Assembly (NCBI GenBank): GCA_964555395.1
Contig: CAZKST010000001.1
Coordinates: 1 to 56,795, forward strand
Source of the DNA: an uncultured Thiotrichaceae bacterium
Lineage (GTDB): Bacteria; Pseudomonadota; Gammaproteobacteria; Beggiatoales; Beggiatoaceae
Length of the DNA stretch: 56,795 nucleotides
Direction of reading: 5' to 3'
Both the position numbers and the translations under genes were made by a program. Shown piece by piece: positions 32,178 to 44,000 of the stretch. Positions within the stretch are counted from its first letter, which is position 1, and the number at the start of each line of letters is the position of its first letter. The notes beneath the pieces are model-generated. The model searched no databases. It worked only from the letters and a program-made list of their open reading frames with translations, and was not told the DNA's origin.

Positions 32178-34472
32178 TTATGATTCTGATTGTCCAAGAA
32201 TTTTAGGGGTTACAAAAATTAATAATTCCCGTCGCTCACTCTTGTCTGAGGTTGATCTAAATAAGTTTCCAACCACGGGTAAATCACCAAAAAATGGAAT
32301 GCGCGTAATGGTATTTCCTTTAGATTGTTGAAATACGCCCCCTAACACAACAGTTTCTCCATTATCGACTAATACTTGTGTTGTTACACCGCGAGTATCA
32401 ATTGCTACGTTACCATCATTTGTTGTTTGACTGACATCATCAGAACTCACATTTAATGCCATGATGATTCTATCATCAGGTGTAATTTGAGGAGTGACTT
32501 CCAATTTTAATTCAGCAGGTTTAAAGGTAGTTGTTGTTCCTGCTTGAGAAATAGTGCGGTATGGAATTTCTTTCCCTTGCCGAATGATTGCTTTTTGTTG
32601 GTTTGCAGTCACTACACGCGGTGTAGAAAGTACTTCTGTCATCCCTTCACTTTGGGCAGCCGATAACTCTAATTGCAATAGATAACTTCCGATTTTACCA
32701 ATTGCTAAACCAAGTGCGCCACCGCCACCAACGGTATCAATCGGTAAATTCACTAGATAGTTTTCCGCGGTGCCAGCTGTTGAGCCTGTTGTCGCAATGT
32801 TTGGAACACTATTATTACCCGTAAAAGCGGTATCAGTTCCATAGGTAGTATCGCCTGCCATCTTGCCACCAAAAACTAATCCATGTTCACTGCCCAAAGA
32901 TTGATTTAAGCTATAACCAAATTTCACGCCAAGTTGCTTACTAAAGGTTTCTGTCGCAATCACAATCCGTGATTCAATCAATACTTGTCGCACGGGTTTA
33001 TCTAATGCTTCAACTAATTTGCGAATTTCTTCTAAACGGTCTTCAGTATCTTGTAAAATTAAAGTATTCGTTCTTTCATCAATAGACACTGTTCCACGCG
33101 AAGATAGAAAAGATTGAGCGGCATCTGCGGCATTTTTCTTGGATAATAAAGTCTCAATATCTTTAGCTTTAGAATAGTTAATTTGAATATAACGAGTTCT
33201 AACAGGCTCTAATTCTTTAATTTCTTTTTTAGCGGCTAACTCTGCTTTTTCTCGTGCATCAAGACTGGCTTTAGTATCAATGATAATAACATTACCAAAG
33301 CGACGTTGTCCTAAACTGCGGGCTTCTAAAATAATGTCTAATGCTTGATCCCAAGGGACATTACGCAATGTCAATGTTATCTCACCTTGTACACCATCAT
33401 TAACCACTACGTTATAATTTTCCCCAGATACTTCAGGGCTTAATAATAAATCTAAAGCTGCGCGTACATTGATTTTTTGAAAAGAGAAATTAACTTTTTT
33501 ACCCGTATAAACAGGGTCTTTACGCCGTAAACCTTCTCCATCAGCCTCAGCAGTTTTACGGTTTACTTTAATTGTATAAGTTTTATCTGTTAAGGTTGAA
33601 GTATAGTCAAATGAAATACCCTCACGAATTTTGATCAACATTTTGACATTTTTGCCTTCACTAAAAGTATCAATCGTGCTGATTGGCGTATCAAAATCTA
33701 AAACATCTAAACGTTTATCTAAATGACCAGGTAATTCTGTATTAAAAAATATAACCTGAATTTCACGCCCGCTGGTGCGATTCATATCCACGATAATATT
33801 TGGATGTGATAAATCAATTAAGACCCATCCAGAACCATCCTCATGCCGTCTAAAATCAATATTACCTAAACTGGGTGCTTGATAAGCGCCCATCGTTGCC
33901 CGCGTAAATGCAGGAGAATGACTTGTTGAATTAGCCGCTGGCATGGCATTACTTGCAGAAACCATTGCATTGTTTTCGGTTTGAGCAGTAGCAGAATTAA
34001 TTGCGTTATTAATAGGATCACTATTGACTTGTTGATGTCCACCAGCAGGGGGTTCAATTAATACCAATAATTTATTATCAATATTTTGTAATCTAAATTG
34101 AGTTTTTTCTAATAAATTAACGACAAGACGCACTTTTTGATTAGTCTCTACAGCCCGCACTCCTTGTACAGTTCCTGTTCCAATTGTCAATGAACGCTCT
34201 GTTGCTGATAAACTTGTATTAGGAAAATCTAATACAATTCGTGCAGGATTATCCGTCGTAAAATAACTAGGCGTGGGGACTTGTCCTGCAAATTCCAAAC
34301 TGATTTGAATGCGATTTCCCATCAGTGAAGAATGATTAATACTCTGTAAATTACGGGATTGTGCATAAGCGGCAGGCAAATAACTTGACAAAAAAGCCAC
34401 TAAAATACATTGCCAAAGTAACGATTTATTTTTTACAAAAAAAGTGATAGAAAACAATAACAGGCGTGTCAT
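32178..34472 (-). CDS. pilQ: type IV pilus secretin PilQ
   Basis: 764 aa with a signal peptide. It has AMIN-like N-terminal repeats (NRIQISLEF.., VRLVVNL..). The secretin C-domain reads LVDNGETVVLGGVFQ...RIPFFGDLPVVGNLFRS. It is the last gene of pilMNOPQ. Confidence 0.95.
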   Translation of the reverse strand: MTRLLLFSITFFVKNKSLLWQCILVAFLSSYLPAAYAQSRNLQSINHSSLMGNRIQISLEFAGQVPTPSYFTTDNPARIVLDFPNTSLSATERSLTIGTGTVQGVRAVETNQKVRLVVNLLEKTQFRLQNIDNKLLVLIEPPAGGHQQVNSDPINNAINSATAQTENNAMVSASNAMPAANSTSHSPAFTRATMGAYQAPSLGNIDFRRHEDGSGWVLIDLSHPNIIVDMNRTSGREIQVIFFNTELPGHLDKRLDVLDFDTPISTIDTFSEGKNVKMLIKIREGISFDYTSTLTDKTYTIKVNRKTAEADGEGLRRKDPVYTGKKVNFSFQKINVRAALDLLLSPEVSGENYNVVVNDGVQGEITLTLRNVPWDQALDIILEARSLGQRRFGNVIIIDTKASLDAREKAELAAKKEIKELEPVRTRYIQINYSKAKDIETLLSKKNAADAAQSFLSSRGTVSIDERTNTLILQDTEDRLEEIRKLVEALDKPVRQVLIESRIVIATETFSKQLGVKFGYSLNQSLGSEHGLVFGGKMAGDTTYGTDTAFTGNNSVPNIATTGSTAGTAENYLVNLPIDTVGGGGALGLAIGKIGSYLLQLELSAAQSEGMTEVLSTPRVVTANQQKAIIRQGKEIPYRTISQAGTTTTFKPAELKLEVTPQITPDDRIIMALNVSSDDVSQTTNDGNVAIDTRGVTTQVLVDNGETVVLGGVFQQSKGNTITRIPFFGDLPVVGNLFRSTSDKSERRELLIFVTPKILGQSES

Positions 34473-34565
34473 AGAAGGCTCACATTTGGCAGAGTTGATG
34501 CAAAAAATGCCACTGTTCAGATTGCCGATTTGATTAATGGATTAAAAGGTACAAAATAGTAATAT

Positions 34566-35246
34566 CTATCTTGTAGTATTATCTTCAGGTAACGCAATGC
34601 TTGCTGGGAATTCAACCCAACATCCCCGATCATCACGTTTAAGTTCAACAATTTCGATTTTAGCGGGCGAAATATATTCAATCCGCCCAAAATTTTGACC
34701 AACATATTGACCCACTGAAACTCGATAAACGATTTCGCTTTTATCTTTAACGATTCCAACCAGTCCTCCTTTGGTGTCACTCATTGTCCCAACCATCATA
34801 AGGGAGTCAAGCGGCATACTTTCTAAACCAAACCGTTGGCGGTTAAAATTCGGCTCTGGTGTATCGCAGACAATCCCTTTTTGTCCACTGTCTGCTATTG
34901 CATTGTCATCTTGATTAGCATCATTGACTTTAAAAGGATCACGACGGTTATCAGGATCACAACAATAATTAACGGGAGGAACGGGCGTAATTGTAGGCAA
35001 AGGATCAACTTGAGGATTAGGACGTTTTTTTACTTGCGCAACATAAGCTTGTAAATCTGACATATCCGAACTACCGCATCCTGTTAAAGCAAACGCTAGA
35101 GCCACAAGTAGCCATAACATAAGTATGCTTAATGTCCAAGCTTGAAAAATTTTGACTATCCCTTTCCCTAATTTCTTCAGCAAAATAAATAGAGGATGTG
35201 GTTTTTGACTTAAATATTGCAATAAATTAAGCGTTAAATGAGCCAT
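34566..35246 (-). CDS. pilP: type IV pilus assembly lipoprotein PilP
   Basis: The lipobox is LVALAFALTGC, and the C-terminal beta-domain reads GIVKDKSEIVYRVSVGQYVGQNFGRIEYISPAKIEIVEL. It sits between pilO and pilQ. The start is uncertain: the 42 residues before the signal peptide may not be translated, and Met at 35120 is an alternative. Confidence 0.85.
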   Translation of the reverse strand: MAHLTLNLLQYLSQKPHPLFILLKKLGKGIVKIFQAWTLSILMLWLLVALAFALTGCGSSDMSDLQAYVAQVKKRPNPQVDPLPTITPVPPVNYCCDPDNRRDPFKVNDANQDDNAIADSGQKGIVCDTPEPNFNRQRFGLESMPLDSLMMVGTMSDTKGGLVGIVKDKSEIVYRVSVGQYVGQNFGRIEYISPAKIEIVELKRDDRGCWVEFPASIALPEDNTTR

Positions 35247-35261
35247 ATAAAGCTATATCCC

Positions 35262-35930
35262 CTATTTCTTTGCTGCGGGGGCAGCAGGTTTATTATTAGT
35301 AGCAGATTTATCTGAAGTGGCAAGAGAATCTTCATCTTGGATGTAGTAAATTTTTGCAACTAACTCCATCACAAGAGGTTCTGCCGAAACATTATTGCCT
35401 TGAGTCCGTTTAGTATCTACTTTAATTGAAATTTCTTCTTGAGTTACAATTCGCGGCATAGCAGCAACTCCTCCAATAAACTTTCCGAAGGAATGATATG
35501 CACCACTTAAACGTAAAGTAATGGGCTGTGCAACATACCCACTACCCGGTTGCTCTGGTTTAGGCTCAAAACGACGAACTTTTAAACCACTTGCAATTGC
35601 TGTTTGTGAAATATCTTGAATTAATTTGTCGACTTCTGCTTTGCTTGGCAAACTGCGTTTTAAATCAGACAAGGTATTTTGAATTTCAACAAGTTGTGCT
35701 TTTAATTGTGGCAAACGAGCCGCTTGTTTTTGTTTTTTCTCGAATTCAGTCCGTTTTTCTACTTCTTGTTGCTTAGCTTTTTCTATGCGCTCAAGTTGAC
35801 TTTGAGTATCGAAATAATAACCAGCCCCCAACGCAGCCGCGACCAGTAATGCAATCACCAACAACTTTGCTGGCCATGGCCAGTTACCTATATTCGCAGG
35901 GTCAAGATTATTAAGTTCTTCTAAGGTCAT
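35262..35930 (-). CDS. pilO: type IV pilus assembly protein PilO
   Basis: 222 aa. N-terminal NIGNWPWPAKLLVIALLVAA TM segment, then a coiled coil and a ferredoxin-like domain. Position in the operon supports the call. Confidence 0.9.
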   Translation of the reverse strand: MTLEELNNLDPANIGNWPWPAKLLVIALLVAAALGAGYYFDTQSQLERIEKAKQQEVEKRTEFEKKQKQAARLPQLKAQLVEIQNTLSDLKRSLPSKAEVDKLIQDISQTAIASGLKVRRFEPKPEQPGSGYVAQPITLRLSGAYHSFGKFIGGVAAMPRIVTQEEISIKVDTKRTQGNNVSAEPLVMELVAKIYYIQDEDSLATSDKSATNNKPAAPAAKK

Positions 35931-35967
35931 AGCCCAGTGGTCCTGTTACGACATATCAGCATTAAAA

Positions 35968-36615
35968 CTATTTTTTAGCTGCGGGGGAAGCAGCAGGTTT
36001 TTTTGCATTACTTGCAGAAGTATTGTTTGTATCATCTTTTTTAGGTTGCGATTGTTTAATCGTTAATTCAAACGCATTTAAACTATTATTTGCACCAGCA
36101 CCCACTAATTGCGTTTTTTTGCGCTGTTCATCTTCGGTAGAAATCAATTTAATTCGTGGTGTCTCTAACCATTCAGAGTCATCTAAAGCACGCATCAGTG
36201 AGGCAACGCGTGCATCAGATTGCGCCGAACCTTTTAACGAAATTACATCCCCTTTTTGTTCCATTTCAGAAAAATAAACGCCATCAGGGACACGCGTAAC
36301 CAACTCATTCACTAAATATACAGGTTTATTACGGTCTGTTTCCAATTTTTGAATAACTTCAATCCGTTGAATAAGGTTATTTCGCGTTTTTTCTAAATCT
36401 TCAATTTCTTTAATTTGTTTATCCAATAATACAATTTCCGATTGTAAATATTGGTTGCGGGCTTCTTGATAGCTAATTTCTCCTTCCATATAGATATGAA
36501 CGCCTAATACAACTAAACCCGCAATTGCTAAAGCGACCCCTGTCACAATAGCAAATTGAATTTCACGCTCACGTTTTTGCGTATCACGCCAAGGAAGGAG
36601 GTTAATCCGCGGCAT
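35968..36615 (-). CDS. pilN: type IV pilus assembly protein PilN
   Basis: The N-terminus MPRINLLPWR is the conserved PilM-binding INLLP motif. A TM segment and coiled coil follow. Confidence 0.93.
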   Translation of the reverse strand: MPRINLLPWRDTQKREREIQFAIVTGVALAIAGLVVLGVHIYMEGEISYQEARNQYLQSEIVLLDKQIKEIEDLEKTRNNLIQRIEVIQKLETDRNKPVYLVNELVTRVPDGVYFSEMEQKGDVISLKGSAQSDARVASLMRALDDSEWLETPRIKLISTEDEQRKKTQLVGAGANNSLNAFELTIKQSQPKKDDTNNTSASNAKKPAASPAAKK

Positions 36616-36652
36616 ATTTCACAACCTTTTATGTCAAAAAAAGTCAAAAGGA

Positions 36653-37738
36653 TTAATGACGATTATCAAAACTACGAAGGGCTAAACCACAGGCAATCAT
36701 CAAGGCAGGCGCATCATTCATCAGGGCTTTTTTGCTTACACGCGGGTCAACATCCATTGCCACTGTTAAATTTGCAATTGCAACGTGACTGCCCACGCGC
36801 TCACTGATATGTTCACGCAAGCCTGGAATTGATGCGCAGCCCCCTGCGATTAAAATATGTGATAGAGCAGCAATATCATGTGCCGCCGCACTGTAATAAT
36901 TATTAATCATCCGATTGATTTGCAAAGCTACTTCTTGTTTAAAGGGTTCTAATAGCTCTATTTCATAATCATCTGGCAGTCCACCATTACGTTTAGCTAA
37001 ATTAGCCTCTTCATAGCTTAATCCATAGCGAGACTGAATAGATTCTGTTAAACGTTTACCGCCGAACATTTCTTCACGATTGTAAATAATTTTACGTTTA
37101 TTCATAACATTCATAGAGGTCGTTGTCGCCCCAACTTCAAGGAGTGCAATTGTTTCATCTGCTTGAATTTCTGGGTCATTTTCTATCACTAAGCGCAGGG
37201 CATTTTCTAAAGCATATTTTTCAATATCTACGACTTTAGTTTCCAAACCTGCTAGCTCAATTACAGAAACCCGTGAATCTACAGTTTCATTGCGTGAAGC
37301 GACTAATAAAACATCTACACGCGTTTCAGGTTCACGCTCACTGGGACCTATAATCTCGAAATCTAAATTCACTTCATCAATTGGGAAGGGAATATATTGT
37401 TCAGCATCCAACTTAATGGCTTCTAACAAATCAGAATCTGACATTCCTGATGCCATATTAATGATTTTACTCATTACGGTAGGACCCGAAACCGCTACTG
37501 CCGCAAATTTGGAGCGCGGTTTAGCCCGTTTTAAAGCCCGCCGAATTGCTTCACCCACTACTTCTAAATCTACAATATTTTTATCTTCTACTGCTTTTTC
37601 TGGTAAAGGTTCAATCGCATAATTTTCGACTCGAAAACGCTGTCCACCTTTTAGACTGCTTAATTCTAACAGTTTGACTGCTGTTGAACTGATGTCAATA
37701 CCAATAAGGGGGTCTGGTTTAAAACTGAAAATTCCCAC
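36653..37738 (-). CDS. pilM: type IV pilus assembly ATPase-like protein PilM
   Basis: 361 aa with an actin-like fold. IGIDISSTAVKLLEL, VGATTTSMNV, and GGCASIPGL. Confidence 0.94.
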   Translation of the reverse strand: MGIFSFKPDPLIGIDISSTAVKLLELSSLKGGQRFRVENYAIEPLPEKAVEDKNIVDLEVVGEAIRRALKRAKPRSKFAAVAVSGPTVMSKIINMASGMSDSDLLEAIKLDAEQYIPFPIDEVNLDFEIIGPSEREPETRVDVLLVASRNETVDSRVSVIELAGLETKVVDIEKYALENALRLVIENDPEIQADETIALLEVGATTTSMNVMNKRKIIYNREEMFGGKRLTESIQSRYGLSYEEANLAKRNGGLPDDYEIELLEPFKQEVALQINRMINNYYSAAAHDIAALSHILIAGGCASIPGLREHISERVGSHVAIANLTVAMDVDPRVSKKALMNDAPALMIACGLALRSFDNRH

Positions 37739-37948
37739 GATTTTTCCTTTTAAAAAATCAAGTTAGGAGTGATACATTTGATTATACATTAAACTCTAAA
37801 GCTAACTATAGGTCAATACTTACTAAAATAAAAAACAGTATATCAAATTTGCAGAAAAATGGACGTAATTTACGTCATTTAGAATGTGAAGCAATGGATA
37901 AATTTTGCTACAAATCATTCTATTGATTAGCATTACGGAGAATTTAAC

Positions 37949-38017
37949 TTAAGCAATGCAAGAAGATTGGAGGTATGCGACGGCAGGTCGTCGCATAACT
38001 GGAGATAAATTGCTTAA
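37949..38017 (-). terminator. compound hairpin just downstream of accA (possible terminator or REP)
   Basis: The inner stem is TATGCGACG-GCAGGT-CGTCGCATA (9 bp, perfect, 37974-37997). The outer pair is TTAAGCAAT (37949-57) with ATTGCTTAA (38009-17). It lies 7 nt after the accA stop. The U-tract is weak. Confidence 0.45.
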
Positions 38018-38023
38018 AAAAAC

Positions 38024-38983
38024 TTAAACTTCTTCATAGTGTCCGAAACTCATCAAGCGTTGATAACGTTGTTCTAACAAGTTATCAATTGGTAAAGCGG
38101 TTAATTCTGCTAATGTCGTGCGCAATACTTCCGCCAAATTGGTCGCCATGCTTTCAATATCACGATGCGCCCCGCCTAGAGGTTCAGGCACAATCGTATC
38201 AATTAGATTGAGTTCTTTTAATTTTGCAGAGGTCATATTCATTGCTTCTGCTGCGGCTGAAGCTTGACTTGCACTTTTCCATAAAATAGAAGCACAGCCT
38301 TCAGGCGAAATAACAGAATAGGTACTGTATTCAAGCATTGCAACTTTGTCGCCAACTCCGATTGCCAACGCGCCGCCTGACCCCCCTTCGCCAATAATGG
38401 TACAAATGATAGGTGTGCGCAAACCAGCCATAACGTATAAATTGCGTGCAATGGCTTCACTTTGCCCGCGTTCTTCAGCATCTACACCAGGATACGCGCC
38501 AGGGGTATCAATAAAAGTTAAAATTGGCAATTTAAACCGCTCTGCCATTTTCATTAATCGCAATGCTTTACGATAACCTTCAGGGCGCGGCATCCCAAAA
38601 TTACGCGCAATTTTTTCTTTGGTATCGCGTCCTTTTTGTTGTCCCAATACCATCACAGGATGTCCATCAAAACGAGCAATTCCACCAATTAATGCAGTAT
38701 CTTCTCCAAAAACACGGTCGCCATGTAATTCTTCAAACTCTGTGAAAATACGTTCTACATAATCCAAAGTATAAGGACGTTGTGGATGGCGCGCTAATTG
38801 TGAGATTTGCCAAGCTGTTAAAGATGAAAAAATATTACGAGTTAATTCTTGGCTTTTGGCTTTTAAACGCGTGATTTCTTCACTAATGTTTAGGTCATTA
38901 TCGCTACCAACATAGCTCAAATCTTCAATTTTAGCTTCTAATTCAGCGATAGGTTGTTCAAATTCAAGAAAATTCAGGTTCAT
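38024..38983 (-). CDS. accA: acetyl-CoA carboxylase carboxyltransferase subunit alpha
   Basis: 319 aa. [32 protein letters not shown], and [16 protein letters not shown]. Confidence 0.97.
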   Translation of the reverse strand: MNLNFLEFEQPIAELEAKIEDLSYVGSDNDLNISEEITRLKAKSQELTRNIFSSLTAWQISQLARHPQRPYTLDYVERIFTEFEELHGDRVFGEDTALIGGIARFDGHPVMVLGQQKGRDTKEKIARNFGMPRPEGYRKALRLMKMAERFKLPILTFIDTPGAYPGVDAEERGQSEAIARNLYVMAGLRTPIICTIIGEGGSGGALAIGVGDKVAMLEYSTYSVISPEGCASILWKSASQASAAAEAMNMTSAKLKELNLIDTIVPEPLGGAHRDIESMATNLAEVLRTTLAELTALPIDNLLEQRYQRLMSFGHYEEV

Positions 38984-39143
38984 ATTGTAATTATTAATTA
39001 AATAAAAGGGTTGCGATTAGCTAGATACAGCGCGAACCAGCGATTTTATAGTATAGTCTGCAAATTCTGTCTAGCAGAGATTTTTCAAAATGCGTGAAAA
39101 TGCTCTACTTTGCCAAACAAAACATTATTAAATAATTAGAAAT

Positions 39144-41027
39144 TTAATCAATATATGTTTCGCTATGTTCTACTTTTTCGCGCCAACGCCCCAAGGCGGC
39201 GGCTAATTCTTCGGGGCGAATGGGTTTAGCAACATAATCATCCATGCCAGCCGCTAAACATTTTTCGCGGTCTCCACGCAAAGCATGCGCAGTCATTGCG
39301 ACAATATAAGGACGTTGCCCAGGAGGCCAACGTTGATGAATTCGACGGGTTGCTTCTAAGCCATCTAATTCAGGCATTTGAATATCCATTAACACAATAT
39401 CATACGGTTTTGCTTCAATGGCTTCGATAGCCAATTGACCGTTATCAGCAATTTCAATTTGATAACCTAAACGACGTAAAATAAGTTGTGCTACTTTCTG
39501 ATTGGTTTTGTTGTCTTCAACTAATAAAATTTTGACTTTTTGTTTATCAAAACAACTAATTTCTTCAGCAGGAGGATTTTCTATGGTAGCGGGTAAATTT
39601 AACGGTTGTAAAATAACCGTGAAATGGAAAATTGAACCTTCCCCTACTTTACTGGTCACCCACATTGTACCGTCCATGAGTTGTGAAAGCTGTTTACATA
39701 ATGCTAAATTTAATCCAGCTCCCCCATAACGACGGGTGATTGAAGTATCTACCTGATTAAATGAAGAAAATATATTTTCTAAATGCTCAATAGGAATACC
39801 AACGCCAGTATCTTGTACCATGACATAAATTTCTAGACGTTTATCATTTAATAAACGGCTAACCAATGTCAGTTTAATTTCACCTCGTTCAGTAAATTTT
39901 ACCGCATTATCGAGTAAATTATTAAAAATTTGCCGCAAACGCGTGGCATCGCCGCGTACTTTAGTCGGGGTATGTTCATCAAAAAATAAATTTAATTCTA
40001 AAGATTTTGCCTGTGCAGCACTTGCCACTTTTTCAAAACTACTTTCCACAACCTCATATAAGTCAAAATCTTGTATTTCTAACTTGAGTGAACCTGCTTC
40101 AATTTTAGAGAAATCTAAAATTGCATCTACTAAGCGCAAGAAAGAATCACCACTAGAATGCACCGTTTCCACTAAATCACGTTGTTCAGCTGACAGTTGG
40201 GTGTCCATCAGCAAATCACTCATGCCAATGACTGCATTTAACGGTGTGCGAATTTCATGGCTGACATTGGCTAAAAAGTCACTTTTAGCGCGGCTCGCGC
40301 TTTCCGCCGCTTCTTTAGCTAAATAAAGTTGGGTTTGCGTATAACGAATATGTCTAAATAACCACATTCCCACCAAAATGATAATGATGCCTACCCCTGC
40401 ACTCATCAAAATCATCCAAAAAAATGTACTGCTATAGGCTTGTTCCGCCTGTTTAACTGCGTCAGCGGTGGCTTTCTTCTGTTGTTCTACAAAAATATTG
40501 ATGGAGTTTGCAACAGCTTGTTGAATAGGAATAGCCGTTTGCAACAAAGTATAAACTTCGCCATCTTCCCCTTTTCGTAATCGACGATAGGCAACATTCC
40601 ATAAATCATCGGTTGCCCGCATTGCAAATTGACTTCCCCGCTCTAAATTAATCCGTTCTTCAGCACTCAATGGCATAGCATCTAATTTGTCGTAAGCCAC
40701 TAAAAACTCATCTACTAATTTTTCAAAACGATGATATGCCTCTTCCCGCAATTGCTCATTGGGCAAAATAAAAATTTCATGTACTTCTAATAACCAATCG
40801 CGAGAAGTGTTATACATCACCATCGCTAATTCAGTTTTTAGATTATTTTGCATCGCAATTTGAGTAAGATGCCGATGTAAAATATAGGCACGCGATAGTC
40901 CAGTAATCGTTAACAGGGTGAGTAAAATTAACACCACTATAAAACTGAGGACAATAAAATAGCTAGTATCAAAACGTTTCATGCGTAAAAATCGTGTTAG
41001 CGAAAACGGGGTTAAACTGTCATCCAA
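39144..41027 (-). CDS. hybrid sensor histidine kinase / response regulator (two TM segments, four-helix-bundle-like periplasmic sensor, HisKA, HATPase, REC)
   Basis: H-box [21 protein letters not shown] boxes LLDNAVKFT and [18 protein letters not shown], and receiver ILLVEDN...[14 protein letters not shown]...DDYVAKP. The track start is TTG 41027, which overlaps the upstream stop by 16 nt. ATG 40982 (MKRFDTSYF) is an alternative. Confidence 0.9.
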   Translation of the reverse strand: MDDSLTPFSLTRFLRMKRFDTSYFIVLSFIVVLILLTLLTITGLSRAYILHRHLTQIAMQNNLKTELAMVMYNTSRDWLLEVHEIFILPNEQLREEAYHRFEKLVDEFLVAYDKLDAMPLSAEERINLERGSQFAMRATDDLWNVAYRRLRKGEDGEVYTLLQTAIPIQQAVANSINIFVEQQKKATADAVKQAEQAYSSTFFWMILMSAGVGIIIILVGMWLFRHIRYTQTQLYLAKEAAESASRAKSDFLANVSHEIRTPLNAVIGMSDLLMDTQLSAEQRDLVETVHSSGDSFLRLVDAILDFSKIEAGSLKLEIQDFDLYEVVESSFEKVASAAQAKSLELNLFFDEHTPTKVRGDATRLRQIFNNLLDNAVKFTERGEIKLTLVSRLLNDKRLEIYVMVQDTGVGIPIEHLENIFSSFNQVDTSITRRYGGAGLNLALCKQLSQLMDGTMWVTSKVGEGSIFHFTVILQPLNLPATIENPPAEEISCFDKQKVKILLVEDNKTNQKVAQLILRRLGYQIEIADNGQLAIEAIEAKPYDIVLMDIQMPELDGLEATRRIHQRWPPGQRPYIVAMTAHALRGDREKCLAAGMDDYVAKPIRPEELAAALGRWREKVEHSETYID

Positions 41028-44000
41028 GCTTGATGCAAACGTGTTAAGCGATAAACTTGTTGTGGCTGTGATTTGCCTTTTAAGTTTACGGGTTCTAGTG
41101 CCTCAGGCGGCGAAGAAAACACCATATCCGTTAAAGATTGATATAGGCTTTCTGAAAAAATAACTTCACCTGATTTTGCTAAATTCACCAAGCGCGAGGC
41201 TACGTTTACGGTATCTCCAATCACGGTATAATTCATGTAAGTGGGAGAACCCACATTACCAACAATCAATTCTCCTTTATTAATCCCAATTCCTAGCCCT
41301 ACTTTGATGTTATAGATTTTTTGCCATAACTGTTCGAGGGCGACAAATTCGCGTTGCATTTCTAACGCCGCACTGACTGCCCGTTGAGAGTGATTAGGTT
41401 GCGCAAATGGTACGCCGAAACCAATTAATAAACAGTCACCTGCCATATTAAAAACAGTTCCATCATGGCGATAACCGACTTCGGTCAACATCGTAAAGAA
41501 TTGATTGAGTAAAGCAACAACTTCTTTGGGTTTTAATAACTCCGACATCGCAGTAAATCCACGCAAATCTGCGAACATAATCACTGCATTTTGCCGATTT
41601 TGTTGGTCAACTAACGCTAATTCTGCCCGTTCTGGGTGTTGTAAAATTTCATCCACCAATTTAGGAGAAACATAACGTTTAAACATACTTTTTAAATGTT
41701 CTTTTTGTGCTTCTTCTAATTTTGCGCGGGTTTGTTGGTAACGCAGCAATGAGCGTACCCGTGCCATTAATTCTTCACGGTTTATCGGTTTAGATAAAAA
41801 TTCATCTGCTCCAGCTTTTAACCCTTTAATACGGTCTTGTTGTCCTTCTAACGAGGTAATCAGCACAACAGGTGTTAATGCACTTTCGTCCCGTTCTTTG
41901 ATAGATTGACACACTTCAAACCCATTCATGCCCGGCATCATTACATCAGATAAAACAATACTAGGTTGTCGTTCAGCTACTAATTTAAGTGCATCTTCGC
42001 CTTTATTAGCAGTAATCACATTAAAACCTTCATCCCGTAAATAAGCACTGACTAATAAAGTATCATAGGGCTGGTCATCAACGACTAAAATTAAACTATG
42101 CTCAGGATTGACCGTATCGTTTAAAGAAGTTGAAAATTCAGGAGATACCGCTGTATCACTCGCATTATTTTTTTCTTCAATTGCTAGTTTAGCGGGCGGC
42201 GTTTCTGGCTGTATGACTGTTTCAATAGCAGACTCTATTGCTGCTGTTGCCGCAGATAAAGCGTGTTGTAGCGCGGTTTGTGTAGCTTGAACAACGGCAT
42301 TATCAGGCAACAAAGAAGCTAAAGCTTGCAATAACTGATAATAATGCTGTGTTAATTGCTGATATTCTTGCTGACTTTGTGTCAAATCAGCTGCTCGTCC
42401 CTGAGATTCTAAATGCTGGCTCACTTCTGCTAATGCTGTCGCGCCTAGATTAGCACTGCTCGATTTAAAGGTATGTGCAGCTTCTCGTAACAATGTTGCG
42501 TCTTGAGTTGCAACAGCTTGCTGAATTTTAACAAATAAAGTTTGTGCATCTTGGCAATAGGTTTCAATTAACTCTGCTGCAATTTCGGGTTCATATTCAC
42601 CGATTAAACTTTCTAATGTTTGTTTTACCGATGTACTAATTTCTTCAATAATTTGCGCATTACAAACAAGCGTTACTTTATTAGTTATTTGTTCAACAGG
42701 TATTTCAATAGCGGGCTGAGTCGCCACCTGAATAAAGCTTGCAGGTAATTCTAATGCCGATTTATTTAACAAATGCTGTAAAACAATAGTCAACAACTGA
42801 TAAGCATGTTGTATTTTTAACCATAAACAAGCTAACTCTTCAGTATTATTTTGCTTAGCATTTTCTTCTAATTGAGAAAAATAATTTGCTAATTCTTCAG
42901 CCCCTAAATTCGCCGTGCTTGATTTTAAACTATGGGTTAATTTGCTAATTTCTGCATAATCAGGAAGTGTAATTGCAGGATTTAATTTTTGCATTAACTC
43001 CTGTGTTTCATCTAAATATACAAACAGCAAATCAGACAATAATTCAGGTTCTTCAATACCTACTAAAGTTTCTAAGTTATCTTTAACTTGTTCGGATAAA
43101 CGCGTTAAATAATCTAATCCTGCTTGTTTATCAGCAAAATAAATTCCCGTAGCTACTGTTTCAACAGGGATTTCATTAGTTTCTATTGTGCAATCAACGG
43201 CAGCAGCGGTTTGAACAGGATTGTCGTTTACGGCTACATTTTCTAATGAATCAATTCCAATTACACGCTTTAATGCAATACAAACTTGTTGATATTCATC
43301 CACAGTTTGTTTTACTAAAACAGCGACATTTTTAATTTCTTTTGCACGCCCTTGTATTTCTAATTGCTTAGATAATTGCGCCAAATTTTCCGCGCCTAAG
43401 CTAGCACTGCTAGATTTCAAACTATGCGCTGCACGCTCTAATAAACCTGCATCTTGCTGAATGAATCCTGTTTGGATTTCATTCACTAAAACCGCACTAC
43501 ATTGCAAATAAGTTGTCACTAATTCTTCGGTAAGCTCTGGAATTTCTTCCCCTGTGAGCTGTAGCAATGCGTCTTTAATTGCCACGACCAGATTTTCTAC
43601 AGTGCTGGTTGCGACTGTAGGTATTTCACTTGGTTCGGATGTTTCAGGCAATTCTGTTACAGGCGTTACAGGCGTTGTGACAGTCGAAACTACCGTTTCG
43701 GTTTCTATGACAGGTACTTTTTCCTGCGCTATTCTTGTAGAAGATTCAACATTTTCATTATTTTCAGTTTGTATTAAAGCTTTTAAAGCAGAAATCACTA
43801 ATTCATACTCAACCAAAGTTACATGTAGCAACAACTCAATACCCAGTAACTCATTCGCCCGCCCTTTAGCTTCTAACTGCTTACAATATTCCGCAAGCTT
43901 TTCTGCGCCTAAACTCGCACTACTAGATTTTAAACTATGCGCAGCATACTGAATTTGCTGTGCATCAGACTGTGTAACTGCTTGTTTAAGCTGTTTAATC

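Noticed and set aside
34517-34780. 87-aa minus-strand ORF overlapping the pilP 3' end and the pilP-pilQ spacer
   Set aside because: It is out of frame with pilP over most of its length and has no SD or family resemblance. pilP and pilQ account for the region.
37995-38004. 10-mer ATAACTGGAG shared with the 25.6-kb palindromic element (25624-25633)
   Set aside because: The similarity does not extend beyond the 10-mer and the surrounding structures differ. I treat it as coincidence unless a genome-wide repeat search says otherwise.
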